The notes under the pieces are model-generated. The model had not been told where the DNA came from. It was given only the letters and a program-made list of their open reading frames with translations, and searched no databases. A stretch of 64,000 nt of DNA from Nemertoderma westbladi (Eukaryota > Animalia > Xenacoelomorpha), in NCBI GenBank assembly GCA_032718475.1, contig JAUCBJ010004802.1, positions 1 to 64,000 of the forward strand. Reading direction: 5' to 3'. The position numbers and the translations under genes are program-made. Shown piece after piece: positions 12,501-24,020 of this stretch; the first letter of the stretch is position 1, and every line of letters begins with the position of its first letter.

Positions 12501-13916
12501 GAACTACATGTCCAATTCAGTGATGTGAACGACACTGACCAAAGTTCTGAGATGGAAGGATTCTACACGGACGAATTCTCCGATGAAAACGAATCCTGTT
12601 ATCTAATAAACACCGCAGTGTATCGAGCACTTACGTATGAGACTGAAACTGATAGTGAGCTCCCCCTAACTATTCCTGACCGACAACCATCTTGGAAAGC
12701 GCCAACTTCTAACGTAGGAATCCGGGAATTTCCCGTAGTGCAGTTGAGAGTCCACGGGTTAAAAAAGAGCTATATAGTGAACGCCCTCCTTGACTCCGGC
12801 AGCACAGGAACATTCATCGACAAAGAACTAGCCGAAGACATCTTTGCTGGACAACCCAAGTTCCGAACTAAGTTGAACCTTTCAGGAATTATGCAGGTTT
12901 GGAAATCTACAGTAGCTACAGACTACTATGTAGGCGCGTTGTCCACCCCCCAGGATGAACTAGGAGAACACAGTATAAGGTTAGTAAAAATGGTGGCGAT
13001 AAAGAACTTCGCTACCAGCCAAGTGGAACCTTATAACTGGGATGAAGACGATTTCACCCAGCAGCATGAGATACCTAGATTCAACACCGACTACCCAGGG
13101 GTACAGATACTCATCGGCCAAAATGCGCATGAGGCGCTTGAGACATTAGAGAAACGGCCTGCTCGACCGCAACCATTGCAAACCTATGCAGGAAGAACAA
13201 GAGTAGGTTGGTACTTCACTGGACCTTCCCGTAGGACACTCCTGGAAAGGCTACCCAAAGATCAGGTCCATCAGGAGAGTGAATGGGAAGAAGACATCAG
13301 TGAGGGAGAGACGACCACAACTGAGGGAACACCATACTCCTCAGATAATGACGATATTAACTCTAATGTAGATCAATGGAGACATTGCCCCGAGATGATT
13401 AATCTAGCCGACATCTCTTCCAGAGGAGCAACTCCTCAAGAACTGACAGATACTCCAGACTGGTTAGGTGGACCCGACTTCCTAAGTAAAGAAGATGAAT
13501 GGCCTCCCCATCTTACCACGGCTGAGATTAGACAAGCCAAGGGAGCGGAGAAAGTCAAACCTAAAACCCGGACGAGTAAATCAAGGTTATTTAAACCCGT
13601 GATAGATCTGTCTGTACTACACATTGCCAGGGACGACGCTGTGGATCTAAACTCCCCCACCGCGAACAGATCTGTTGTGGAGATCAGAGAGAGAGACTGG
13701 AGATCTGGAACACCAGACGTCTCGCAGGGACTCTCACCTCTCCTGCCGGGAGCGATGGACCACTGTAGCTCCTGGAATCGGCTTTGTAAGGCCGTCGTGT
13801 ATTTGAAGCGATGTTTCTATCGTCACTATTCCAAGACGAAGAGGAACTGGAAAGAGACCGAGAACTGTCCGGAAACTATGGAAGGCAAGATACTCTTCCC
13901 ACGACCACCTCCCTAA
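9591..13916 (+). pseudogene. BEL/Pao gag-protease polyprotein; one in-frame TGA (11916-11918); RT and most of RNase H deleted in frame; integrase absent
   Basis: ORFs 9591-11918 and 12012-13916 share a frame and the gap is open; gag core KFNGDEMKW..EKLRFLIECLEG..L..RYG; CxxC-H-C knuckles CVLCDGPH, CYNCLRRGH, CAKCGAKHHILLH; protease LLDSGS, ILIG, T.VGW; then directly QWRH...NLADISSRG...W..GPDFL (RNase H end); (AEAERKA)n coiled coil. Confidence 0.88.
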
Positions 13917-16900
13917 TCGAACAAACATCTAGGGACTCCCCAACGTAACAGCGTCTGGAGTGGGTGTGTGACTATATTATTTTATATTTGTTTTTATTAT
14001 TTTATATTTATGTATTTATGTAATTTTATTATAATCGTTTTCTTTAATTTTATTTAGTAGAATGTTATTCTAGCGATTATTTAGTAGATTAGTGCAATAT
14101 ATATTAGTGTTTATTACTTACTTATATTATATTATATTATATATTTAGTGCAACGACGAGAAATAATTCTTTTTCTCTTTCCTTACTGTCCGTATCATAT
14201 TATAAATACGTGACTACAGTAAGATGAAATGTCCGTACTTATTAAAGTACAATAAAGCTCCTACTATATTTAAGTATTATTGGTAAGTAGAGTATTAGGA
14301 ATGCAAAGTTCAGATCCTCGTGTCTCAGCTAAACCAAGCTCTGGGTAGACCTTGGAAACGACTTGCCTCTTCTCACTGACATTGTTTCTTGCAATATTGC
14401 TCTCATACCGTATATTAAATAATACATATAGTAGTGTGATGTCCTTTTAACAGTAGCGTAAAACGCAAAATAAATCTGTTAAACCCTTTGACCATCTGTA
14501 ATTCTAGTCGATTAAGATATCGCGGCACCCACCGATATACTTGAAAGACAAAATTCTAGAATCAGTGGTTAACGTCCCCAGACAAGTTCTGGAATAAACC
14601 GGTGCCCATCTTAAATATTAACTATTAATATTTATAAAATCTGTCAAACAAATACAATAGAGTAAATACTTACAAGTTAACTCTAGAAAATCTATAAATC
14701 AAAATCTGTTAAAATTTAGATCCTTTAAAATTCTAGTCGATTAAGATATCGTAGCACTTACCGAGCACTTACCGCACTTAAAAGGACAAATTTCCTAGAA
14801 TTCAGGATCCTAGTCCCCAGACATGCTCTGGAATAAAATTGTGTCTATTTAATATTAAATAATAAAATTTATGGGAATAAATTTAAATTCATCTCTTTTA
14901 ATGAATTTGATAAATTGTCATTTTTATGCAATTTATAACATTCCCAAAATTCCATTAATTAATAGATCATGGGAGCGGAGATTCACCCTATTAAGTATAT
15001 TAGTGTGCGAGAATCTCCAATATATAGTCAATAGCCGATAAAATTCATAAAATCATGTATAAAGAGGAATATTGACAATTAAAGAATTACTATTAAATAG
15101 CATCCCAGATCTGCATGCATGAGAATTACCCTAATTCTACTGCTAGCTTTCCATAATGTCACCATGGCAACAACCACGCTAGAATTAGAAGTGAGTTAAA
15201 AGAACAATAAAGCTTGCCCCATTGAATAGCATAAGGAATAAATAGCACACTGCTAGTATCCAAGGATACATAATAATAACGTGGCATTCTGGAAGGCACT
15301 TGACTAACGGACAAATGGCCCGAATGTGTACAATTTGTGACAGTTGTGTGGAATTTGTGCGTTTATATGTGAATGTTACTACTAAAGTGTGTTTACAGTA
15401 GCGAGTCGCAATTGTGAAAGTAGCCCTACCTCTGCAGTAAGAACCTGAAGTTAATCTTAGCCCTTGGGACGGACAGTGGAGTGACTCGCGCTGGTTGTTG
15501 TGGTCGTTGTGCAGCTACTATGTTGGCGATAGGCACATCGGCGAAAGTACATCGGCCCTGAGGATCTTGCGCTGTCCGGGGGCCGTGAGGGGGTAGGCAG
15601 CGACGCCCGCTAGCCTAATTATAAACTCATTATAATATTGATAAACTCATATAGCAGCTATGACTGAGTTGATAGAAGATGATCTTGGTATCAGGGAGCG
15701 ATATACTCTACCGTTGCAAGCATTTGTTGATGGCTTAATACGCGGCGACGCTGGTCCAACTACTACGGAGGACTATGGTCGTTATATCGAACCGCCAATG
15801 TCCCAGGAGCAACTCACTCGTGAATTGGACTATCGAAAATTCACTGCTCGCTATACGCATCGTAATGGTACGCATATGGACTTCTTAACTACTGGTCATC
15901 CTATCGATTTACACGATACGGACGATGTCGACACCAAAAGGGAAAATGGCCCTATTTAAATACCAGCGGAGTCGGAATGATAAACTGAAAATCGAATGCG
16001 AAAATTCTATTCGAAATCGACTCGAAAGAGAAGACGTTAAAGAACCTGATAAACGCGGTAACTCCAACGTATATTTGGAATTCTTGAGAGAAACATTGTA
16101 AAACCAAATAAATATCACCCGCGTTTCCCCTACAAGATGTGCGTCTTTGGTATTATTGCGATGAATGCCCAAGACCCAACCAACAAACGGAAAGACATGA
16201 ACATCCGCGGAGACGTTGCTCTAAACACAGTTTTACTCGCTATATTTCCTTGAGTTTCGAGCGAAACTTGTTCGATGTATCACCTACGCTCGCTCGACTC
16301 AAACGATCCTTAAATAAACCTATGATCAGAGTTCCAGAATACTCGGTCAGACCTCCTCACTCCCTAGTGAGACCTCAGACTCTTGATCCTAATAGTATCA
16401 CGGATCCTCCCGAACTGTACTCATTGTTCAAAGATCTAGTGTTACCCGAACAATTAGTCAGTGGCACTCCGGTTGTGGGCTCCCTAAATATTCGCCCATC
16501 TTACCTAGTCGGATTGGGACGCGGACATCTAATATCGCCATTCAACCGTATCGTATCCCGGTTTAACCCGATACAACCTGTCACCAAGGCGGAGGAGAGA
16601 GTTGTACGAAACGCTTTGGACACTATTCGTCAAAAGATCGGAAAAGGAACCTACAATTGTTTAGAGAAACGTAAATTGCAGAAGCAAGTCCAAGCAGTAA
16701 ACGAATTAGCTTTATCTCAGTTCGATCAGGAAATCCAGAATCTCTAAGAAGATATCGAACTTGGACGACTCTACTCTAAAAGAGCTTTAGACGAATGCTT
16801 CCAACAACAAGCGGAGGAAAATCAGCTCGAGGAGAAGCATATCGATTCCGATAGAGCCCGAGAACAAGAGTTGAAAAGAATCATCAAACCGAGGAAATTT

Positions 16901-16994
16901 CTCACTACACACGGTCCACCTACCGCTTTCGTGCAAACGACCCGTCAGGGACCAATAAGAGCTGCTGTCTTAAAATGCGCTCTCAAGGTTGTTC

Positions 16995-17197
16995 TGTGAT
17001 ATAAATGTTTAATGTATTTTATTGAGATACCGGAAGTATCCCAGATAATCGGTTTGACCTTTGCAATGTGTACGGTGAAGGGATTGATCTATATTAGATA
17101 GTAGGTAAGGCATTGCAAGGGGGGTTTATAGATTCATTGTCGTTTGTTTGATTAAAGTTTGGAGTTAATATTTAATTGTGATTTCCCTGTTTTAATA
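16995..17197 (+). repeat. Gypsy 5' LTR
   Basis: No difference found by eye from 20723-20925; ends TG...TA. Confidence 0.95.
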
Positions 17198-17198
17198 T

Positions 17199-17208
17199 TG
17201 GCGCAGTG
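17199..17208 (+). promoter_or_regulatory. Primer binding site, tRNA-Ser-like
   Basis: TGGCGCAGTG 1 nt after the LTR; TGGCGCAG is the tRNA-Ser-type PBS of several gypsy elements. Confidence 0.7.
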
Positions 17209-17223
17209 TGATTTACATAAAAC

Positions 17224-17877
17224 ATGAAATTATCAATAACATCCGATTTTGCATGTTGGGAAACAGCATTGAGGGCGGAGATCAACTTGTTAGTGTTGCA
17301 AGGGAAAATCGAGGAGGAAAAAAAGGACGAAGCTTTGCTAATGAAGATACAGATTTCCGTAGAAGACAACATTTTAAAGAAAATGCATATAGACGGCCGA
17401 ACCACAGCAAATTCTTTACTAACAAAACTCAAAGAGGTATAGACACAGTTGGTGGTACCAACCGACGGAGTAAATTCATTAGAGTTTGACATAGTGTCAA
17501 GGGACGATGTAACCAAATTTGATGACAATTTGAGACTACTCCGCTATAAACGAACGATTTCCGATGATCTAGCTATTAGTATATTCATAAAAAACATAAA
17601 AAATGAAGCGTCAAGAAAGATCGTTCTGGTCCAGCAATTCACGTCATGGGATGCGTTGGTGCGTTTCATTATGGACACGGGTATCTCTCTAACCAATTAT
17701 AACCAACATACTTCGCATCTACCAGTATCAGGAGCCGTAAAAACGGGATGCTACAATTGCGGTGTAGCCGGCCACTTTGCCAGACAATGCTTCAAGCGGT
17801 GCAATCGTTGCACCAATCACAATCACTTGCCTAAAGACTGTTTAAAAGGAAAATCAAAAAACGACGCTTCCCAGTAG
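17224..17877 (+). pseudogene. Gypsy gag (short, ~217 codons, one internal TAG at 17440-17442)
   Basis: ORFs 17224-17442 and 17449-17877 are in the same frame; zinc knuckles CYNCGVAGHFARQC and CNRCTNHNHLPKDC. Confidence 0.85.
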
Positions 17878-17897
17878 TGGGGGGTGCAACTACTGGG
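17856..17897 (+). promoter_or_regulatory. -1 programmed ribosomal frameshift signal (gag-pol)
   Basis: Slippery A AAA AAC (17856-17862) in gag phase, 7-nt spacer, 9-bp stem CCCAGTAGT (17870-17878) / ACTACTGGG (17889-17897); pol is in the -1 frame. Confidence 0.85.
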
Positions 17898-20642
17898 ATC
17901 ATCAACGAACCGATAGCACCATTCATTTATGCAGAAATCGATTTGAATGGTGGAAGCCCACGCATAGCTATGTTAGACACAGGATCTGAATTAAACTTAA
18001 TGTCAATAAACATGGCTAATGACTTGTCAGTTCCGATTATACCGCATGGTATATATTTTCGTACAGCATCTGGTGATGTTGTTAAATCGAGAGGTTTTGT
18101 TCAGGTTTGGGTCAAGTGGGGAGATATTCGTCAAACATTTGATTTTCATGTACTGGGAGATCCTCCATTTGATTTAATACTTGGCACTAGGGCCATACGG
18201 ACCTTCCCCTCAATATTATCTTATCCCATTGTGGCGATGACTGCGACTACGACTACCGATACAGCTCTTTCAAAGGAATACTTTTTTAAACTTTTCCGTT
18301 GGCCATCATCATGGTCATCCGATAATACAAAACGTCTCCACGACTTGATCTGGGAATTTCAGGATATATTTAGTCGATCGAAATTCGATGTTGGAAGAAT
18401 GAAATCATTCACCCATCACATAGAAACGTCTGGTCCTCCTATTTTCAGAAGACAATACAAAAACGCATACACAGAAAGAGAAAATGTACACAAGATAATC
18501 ACGGAGATGCATGAAAATAACATTATCTCTCCTGCTTCTTCGCCATGGAATTCGCCATATTTGTTGGTAGATAAACCTGACCACTCAAAACGATTTTGTG
18601 TTGATTTTAGACCTCTAAACAAAGTCACTCAGGACAATAAATTCCCCATGCCAGTAATAGATGAACTTTTAGATAGACTTCAAGGAAAGAAAATTTTTTC
18701 GACGTTAGACATGACGGCCGGTTATTGGCAAGTACCCTTATCTGAGGAAAGTAAACCGAAGACGGCTTTCCAAGCGGATCATAGACAGTGGCAATTCAAT
18801 GTGTTAGCAATGGGATTGAAAAATGCGGCCCCAGAATTCCAACGAGACATGCAAACTGTATTAAGTGGTCTCAACACGTTTCCTTACCAGGACGACATCA
18901 TCAACGCTACTGAGACTGAAGAAGAACATCAAGAGAGCCTACAGAAAATTTTCGTACGATTACGAAATGAAGGAATTAAATTAAAACCATCAAAATGCGC
19001 ATTTGGTCTAACTGAGATATCGTATTTGGGTTTTATAATTCAAGATGGACAAGTCAAACCTGATCCTGATAAAATAAAGTGTATACAAGAATTTCCTACG
19101 CCAACCAATGGAAAGGAATTACAGTCATTTCTTGGACTCATTAACTTATATTCAAGGTTCGCAAAGAGATTAGCTACATACGCGGCTCCCTTATATGAGT
19201 TGACAACAAAATGAAAAAATAAATTCAAATGGTTACCCGAACATTCCGAAGTCTTTGATAAAGTAAAAAATTTATTCTCTGAAGCAGTATCATTATACAT
19301 TCCCGATTTATCACAAGCTTTCATAGTCAGAACCGACGCAAGCGATAGGGCTGTTGGAGCTGTGTTGAGTCAAATAATTAATTCTGAAGAAGTCCCAGTG
19401 CATTTCGCAAGTCGAACCCTACGCGGATCGGAACTTAACTGGTCAACTACTGATAAATAATTTTTTAGTTTACATTGGGCAATCAGAAAATTTGAAATGT
19501 ACTTAAAGGGAAATGAAGTAACAGTTTACACTGACCACAAACCATTAATTGGACTGATAGACAAGAGAGCTGGAAACAATCAACGACAAAGACGATGGCT
19601 AGATTATATACAGGACTTTAAATTAAATATTAACTATATACGTGGAGTTGAAAACGTTGTGGCAGACACTTTGTCTCGCTTGCCATTAGACTCAACGTTC
19701 CCAAATGTAAAGGCCGCTCCATTCGTACCAAACGCCGTTTGTGCTCTCAAGGCGTTATCTGACAAAGATTCCGAGATAGTAGCAAGGCAATACCATGATG
19801 CGGGACATTACTCTATAAACAAAACTCGTGCGGCAATTTTAAATGACGGCCTATGGTTCCCAAAAATGAGATCCACACTACGATCAATTCAAGATGATTG
19901 TATAGAGTGTCGCACAAAGAAGTCGTACACAAAAAATCCCCCAAAAGGAGAACTACCAAACCTAAAAACTTGTGCTATTGGGGAGATTGTCTCTATTGAC
20001 ATTGTTGGACCCTTACCAACAACAAGATTAGGATTTCGTTACATCTTGTCGATGATAGATATGGCGTCACGTTACCTGGAAGCGGTACCAATGAAAATGG
20101 TTACAGCGCAAATAACTGCAGACGCCTTTCAGAAAGGATGGGTATTTAGACATGGTCCTCCACGACGAATCCACACCGACAACGGTTCCCAATTTCGTTC
20201 TGCGTTGTTTAATAATATTCTGGAAACTGCCTTTTGCAATTATGAAATTGATCATACATATTCATCGCCGTACTATCCTCAAGGCAATGGAGTTATTGAA
20301 AGAATACACCGTACTTTAAAAGATCGCATTCGATGCATGTCTGGGGATTGGCAATCGAACTTATCGGAAGCTGTTTATAATATAAATCGCCATGTTCACG
20401 ATGGTATAGAGTGTTCGCCGTTTTTCGCACTCTATGGGTATAATGTCCCACCAGCCACTTACCCAGCAATGCTTAAAGAAAACCCATCCATCATGCATTC
20501 GTTAGCTCCTCCTATCCCACCACCACAAAGATCAACGTTTGGCCCCAAATTTCACCCACCTCAACGAGTTGTAGCAAAATTATCTCCGCAGGTTGTTCGC
20601 CTAGATCAATATGGAACTGTGAATATAAGAAAATGTACTTAG
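17862..20642 (+). pseudogene. Gypsy pol (PR, RT, RNase H, integrase) with two in-frame stops (19212-19214 TGA, 19458-19460 TAA)
   Basis: LDTGS; SPWNSP, RFCVDFRPLN, YWQV, KTAF, YQDD; TDAS, TDHKPL, ADTLSR; H..GH..CxxC, SIDIVGP, TDNG, NGVIER. Confidence 0.92.
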
Positions 20643-20722
20643 TTCAATATTATTGACTCCATTTACCGCGATTCTAATTTAGATTCATATTTTTGATGTT
20701 GTTGAATTTTGTAAGGGGGATA

Positions 20723-20925
20723 TGTGATATAAATGTTTAATGTATTTTATTGAGATACCGGAAGTATCCCAGATAATCGGTTTGACCTTTGCAATGTGTA
20801 CGGTGAAGGGATTGATCTATATTAGATAGTAGGTAAGGCATTGCAAGGGGGGTTTATAGATTCATTGTCGTTTGTTTGATTAAAGTTTGGAGTTAATATT
20901 TAATTGTGATTTCCCTGTTTTAATA
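20723..20925 (+). repeat. Gypsy 3' LTR
   Basis: Direct repeat of 16995-17197 preceded by the PPT. Confidence 0.95.
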
Positions 20926-21217
20926 TGTTCGACCTCGTTCCACTGAGGTTGATATAGATCAACCAGGTACCTCGACCGGCGGATACATCGACCGTAATCC
21001 TAAACCTTCCGATGCAATTGTATTGCACCCTTCACCCAGGAGTTATAGCCCTCCTAGTAAAGTGGCTCGCCCCAAAGAGAAAAGGACTCTTGCTAGCCTC
21101 AAAAAACTGCGTAAACGCCGTCCGCGCAAGAAAGACTAACTGTTTAGAGTATTTTTATATTTTAGAAACTGTGATTTTTTATATTTTATAGAATTAAATC
21201 CCATTTTCTGGGAGCGG

Positions 21218-22400
21218 TGTAAAGGCTTTTGCGGATCTAGCTAGTCATTTTCCCCGCAAAGTACTCTGTAGGTGTTTTAGCGGACATAAAAAGCCGTTTT
21301 CTTACTGTGTAGGTGTTTTAGTGGACATAAAAAGCCATTTTTCTGTATGTGTACTTTAGCGGACATAACAAGCCATTTTATGCCGCAATACGCCAAAATA
21401 CTCTTAATACAGTGTAGTTCAGATGACGACATCTATCAGCTGATATGTCGACGTGGAGCTTTTGGCTTTCTTTGTTCAGGCTCACTCACTCGACCAATCA
21501 GAGCGATTTTCATTTTATTTGCACAGAAGCCTCCGGGAAATCGCGCAATGCATTATGGTCTTTGTTTACCTTTTTTCCTGAGCCCAGAACATCGGCTTTG
21601 GAATTATTCTGTGTTTCAGACTTTAGCTAAACATTAGAACGGCTTTGATTATAGAAACGTAGAACTGTTATCAAACCAGTACACAAACTGGACACACAAC
21701 ACGGCTCAGAACACCGCATTATTTTACTGCTGTTTACTGTCGGTTATTAAGTGTTATCATTTGATGGATATGTTGTTATATTTGGAGAATATCGATAAAT
21801 AATCAGAAAACCCCAATCTTCTTGATATACTGAAGGTTAGAGAGACCGGTTACATATATCAATTGCGACTTACATTATAGTGGTTTTGGAGTGAATTGAA
21901 TGCTATTTCATAGACCCTACATGTATCAGTTGCTGTTCTCCTTATATATGATTAAAATTAGTGAAGGTCGGCAGATCAGTGTGCAGCAGTGTGCGGTATT
22001 GTGCATGAGTGTGATAGATAACAAAGCATTTCCTAAAGAATGCGCATTATACGAAAATCAATAGCCATCCCGTTGTGTTTAGTGTAAGTCATAACTCTGT
22101 TTACATATTTAGAGCGCCACGTCCTAAAGGAACTGTTAATATTTCCCGAAAGTAAATAATATTTGTCAGAGATATTATAGTAACGATCAATCGAATAATA
22201 CAGTAGGTCTACACCGCAATAAGGTCAGAGCATCCGAATCCAGTCTCCCTTAACCGTGGGTGAATGGTCGCGCATAGGCTGGCTTCGGCTAATGTAACTT
22301 TATGTGTATCAAATATTTGTTATAGGCTAAAGTCGATTTATAACCTAGAAGACACCTAAAATTGGCAGGTTAAACTGCTAAAGGTCTAAAAGCGCGAACA
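21218..22400 (+). repeat. BEL/Pao 3' LTR (1183 bp, complete)
   Basis: Starts TGTAAAGG, ends GCGAACA followed by the TSD. Confidence 0.9.
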
Positions 22401-23090
22401 TGTATACTTTGCAGTTAATCACGCCGTTTCTCCACTTTATGTTTATAAGGATGTAATCCAGTTGTGCTTTGGTTCCATTAGGGTATTGAAAGGTCCATAG
22501 CTTCCCCTTACTCTTTTCGAATGTGTTGTTTGTTGGTATCAATTCACATTCTTCCATTAGGTCTAAAAGTAAGTACCCATTTATGTTAGAACTGGTGTTA
22601 TAGGTGTAACCCTTGATGTCTTCTGGGCCAATTTGAGCATTCAGGTCACCAGCAATGTCTTTGACTTTGTGTTTCGGAATGTCCTTTATAAGTCCAGTCA
22701 GATCTTCATAAAACTTGGCAGCTTGTTCAGGCTCTGATACATTGGTTGGACTTTAGCAAAATATTACTGTATTCTTGGGATTCCCATCAAATGTTGCAAT
22801 CATAACCCTGGAATTTATACAGTAGGTTCGAAATTGTTTAGGCTATGGAGTGCAAATGGGTTTTGCAGAAATCCTACTCCACCAATGAATGTATTGACCG
22901 AATTTCTTTCCGCTGAGCTTGTTACTTAAGTCCGAGTTACAAACATGCCTACCGCTTCATCTCACAACTACAAACGTCCATCCATTTCCAAAGTCGTTGC
23001 ACTTCATGGCAGAGTCTTCATGCCAAATCATGACACGTGTGCCCACATTGTGCACTGTCTTGCCCTGTTTACTGTTCTTCATTGTTCACA
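22401..23090 (-). mobile_element. RTE-like LINE endonuclease fragment, right piece
   Basis: High identity to 1411-2080 (e.g. GTAATCCAGTTGTGCTTTGGTTCCATTAGGGTATTGAAAGG). Confidence 0.85.
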
Positions 23091-23566
23091 TCCTTGGCCG
23101 CCCCATCTGGTGCTGTCTAAGTTCAAACAGTGTTGGATGGTTTGTCAAACATACTCCCCTTTTCAGGAGGAACAAACAGCATTAGGTGGCGGTGGCGGTG
23201 GCATTAAGGACCAGCCCAGTATCTGTAGGTTTACTGAGCCGCGCAGTGATTGACAATGATTGCTTGCGACTAATATGCGGGAAGGCTACGGCGGCTTTTT
23301 AGTTTGTATTGGTTTTACATACATACCTACCGGTAACGTTTCTTGCTAGACTAATAAATATAAATAAAATAGTTAATTATTAATTATAGTGCTGCCCCCA
23401 GATACCGAACTGCTATTGGTATAGGTAGGTGGGCTAACTACGTTGCCTGTATAAACAGTAAATAATCAAAGTGCATCATAAATAGTGGTGATTAATGAAT
23501 GTATGATATGTAGCTGCGTATATGTAGAATTAATAATCTCAACAAAAGTGGTATGAGACATTAATC

Positions 23567-23880
23567 AACAACAAAATTATCACAAATACTAGCTAGAAAT
23601 AAAATATATCAACATATTATAAAATTTGTTCTGGAACATTTTAGATCACATTCAATGACGTTCTAGAATCAATACAAAAAACAATGTAGGCCTAAAACCA
23701 GCAACATTAATAGTTATGAATTTTATTCCAAAATTGTCAACAATTGACAACAAAATTATCACAAATACTAGCTAGTAATAAAATATATCAACATATTATA
23801 AAATTTGTTCTGGAACATTTTAGATCACATTCAATGACGTTCTAGAATCAATACAAAAAACAATGTAGGCCTAAAACCAA
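23567..23880. repeat. ~181-bp-period tandem duplication
   Basis: CAACAAAATTATCACAAATACTAGCTAG...CAATGTAGGCCTAAAACCA at ~23570 and ~23750. Confidence 0.75.
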
Positions 23881-23931
23881 GGACATTACAGCATTGTATT
23901 GGACTGTACATTTAGTATTGTATTTGGTGTT

Positions 23932-24020
23932 ATTGTTTACGTTGTAACCCATGATGGCGTTAAGTAATGTACACTAAGGGGACATCACTTAACGCCGTCA
24001 TTGGATACCACGTAAACAAT
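23932..24020. repeat. ~39-bp-arm inverted repeat (hairpin or collapsed MITE)
   Basis: ATTGTTTACGTTGTAACCCATGATGGCGTTAAGTAATGT ... ACATCACTTAACGCCGTCATTGGATACCACGTAAACAAT. Confidence 0.7.

Larger units (their letters stand above)
16995..20925 (+). mobile_element. Compact Ty3/Gypsy LTR retrotransposon (3931 bp), 5-bp TSD TGTTC
   Basis: 203-bp LTRs at 16995-17197 and 20723-20925; TGTTC at 16990-16994 and 20926-20930; PBS; PPT AAGGGGGA at 20713-20720; domain order PR-RT-RH-IN. Confidence 0.95.
15660..21139 (+). pseudogene. Extra 3' ORF (ORF3) of the BEL/Pao element, unknown function, degenerate and split by the Gypsy insertion (15660-16994 plus 20931-21139)
   Basis: Coding-like segments 15660-15959 and 16139-16747, continuing past one stop to 16994; removing the Gypsy and one TSD restores the frame ..LKVVRPRSTEVD..LKKLRKRRPRKKD*, ending ~80 bp before the 3' LTR. 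Confidence 0.65.
8133..22400 (+). mobile_element. Non-autonomous BEL/Pao LTR retrotransposon (14.3 kb including the nested Gypsy), 5-bp TSD TGTAT
   Basis: TGT...ACA termini; TGTAT at 8128-8132 and 22401-22405; near-identical LTRs; BEL-type gag, zinc knuckles and protease; purine tract GGGAGCGG just before the 3' LTR. Confidence 0.92.

Noticed and set aside
15535-15575. GAAA...CTGAGGA resembling a hammerhead ribozyme core
   Set aside because: Spacing too short to form stems I and III
22240-22300. GGC-TTCG-GCTAA resembling an HDV-like ribozyme P4/J4-2
   Set aside because: No matching P1/P2/P3 partners found; only a UUCG hairpin
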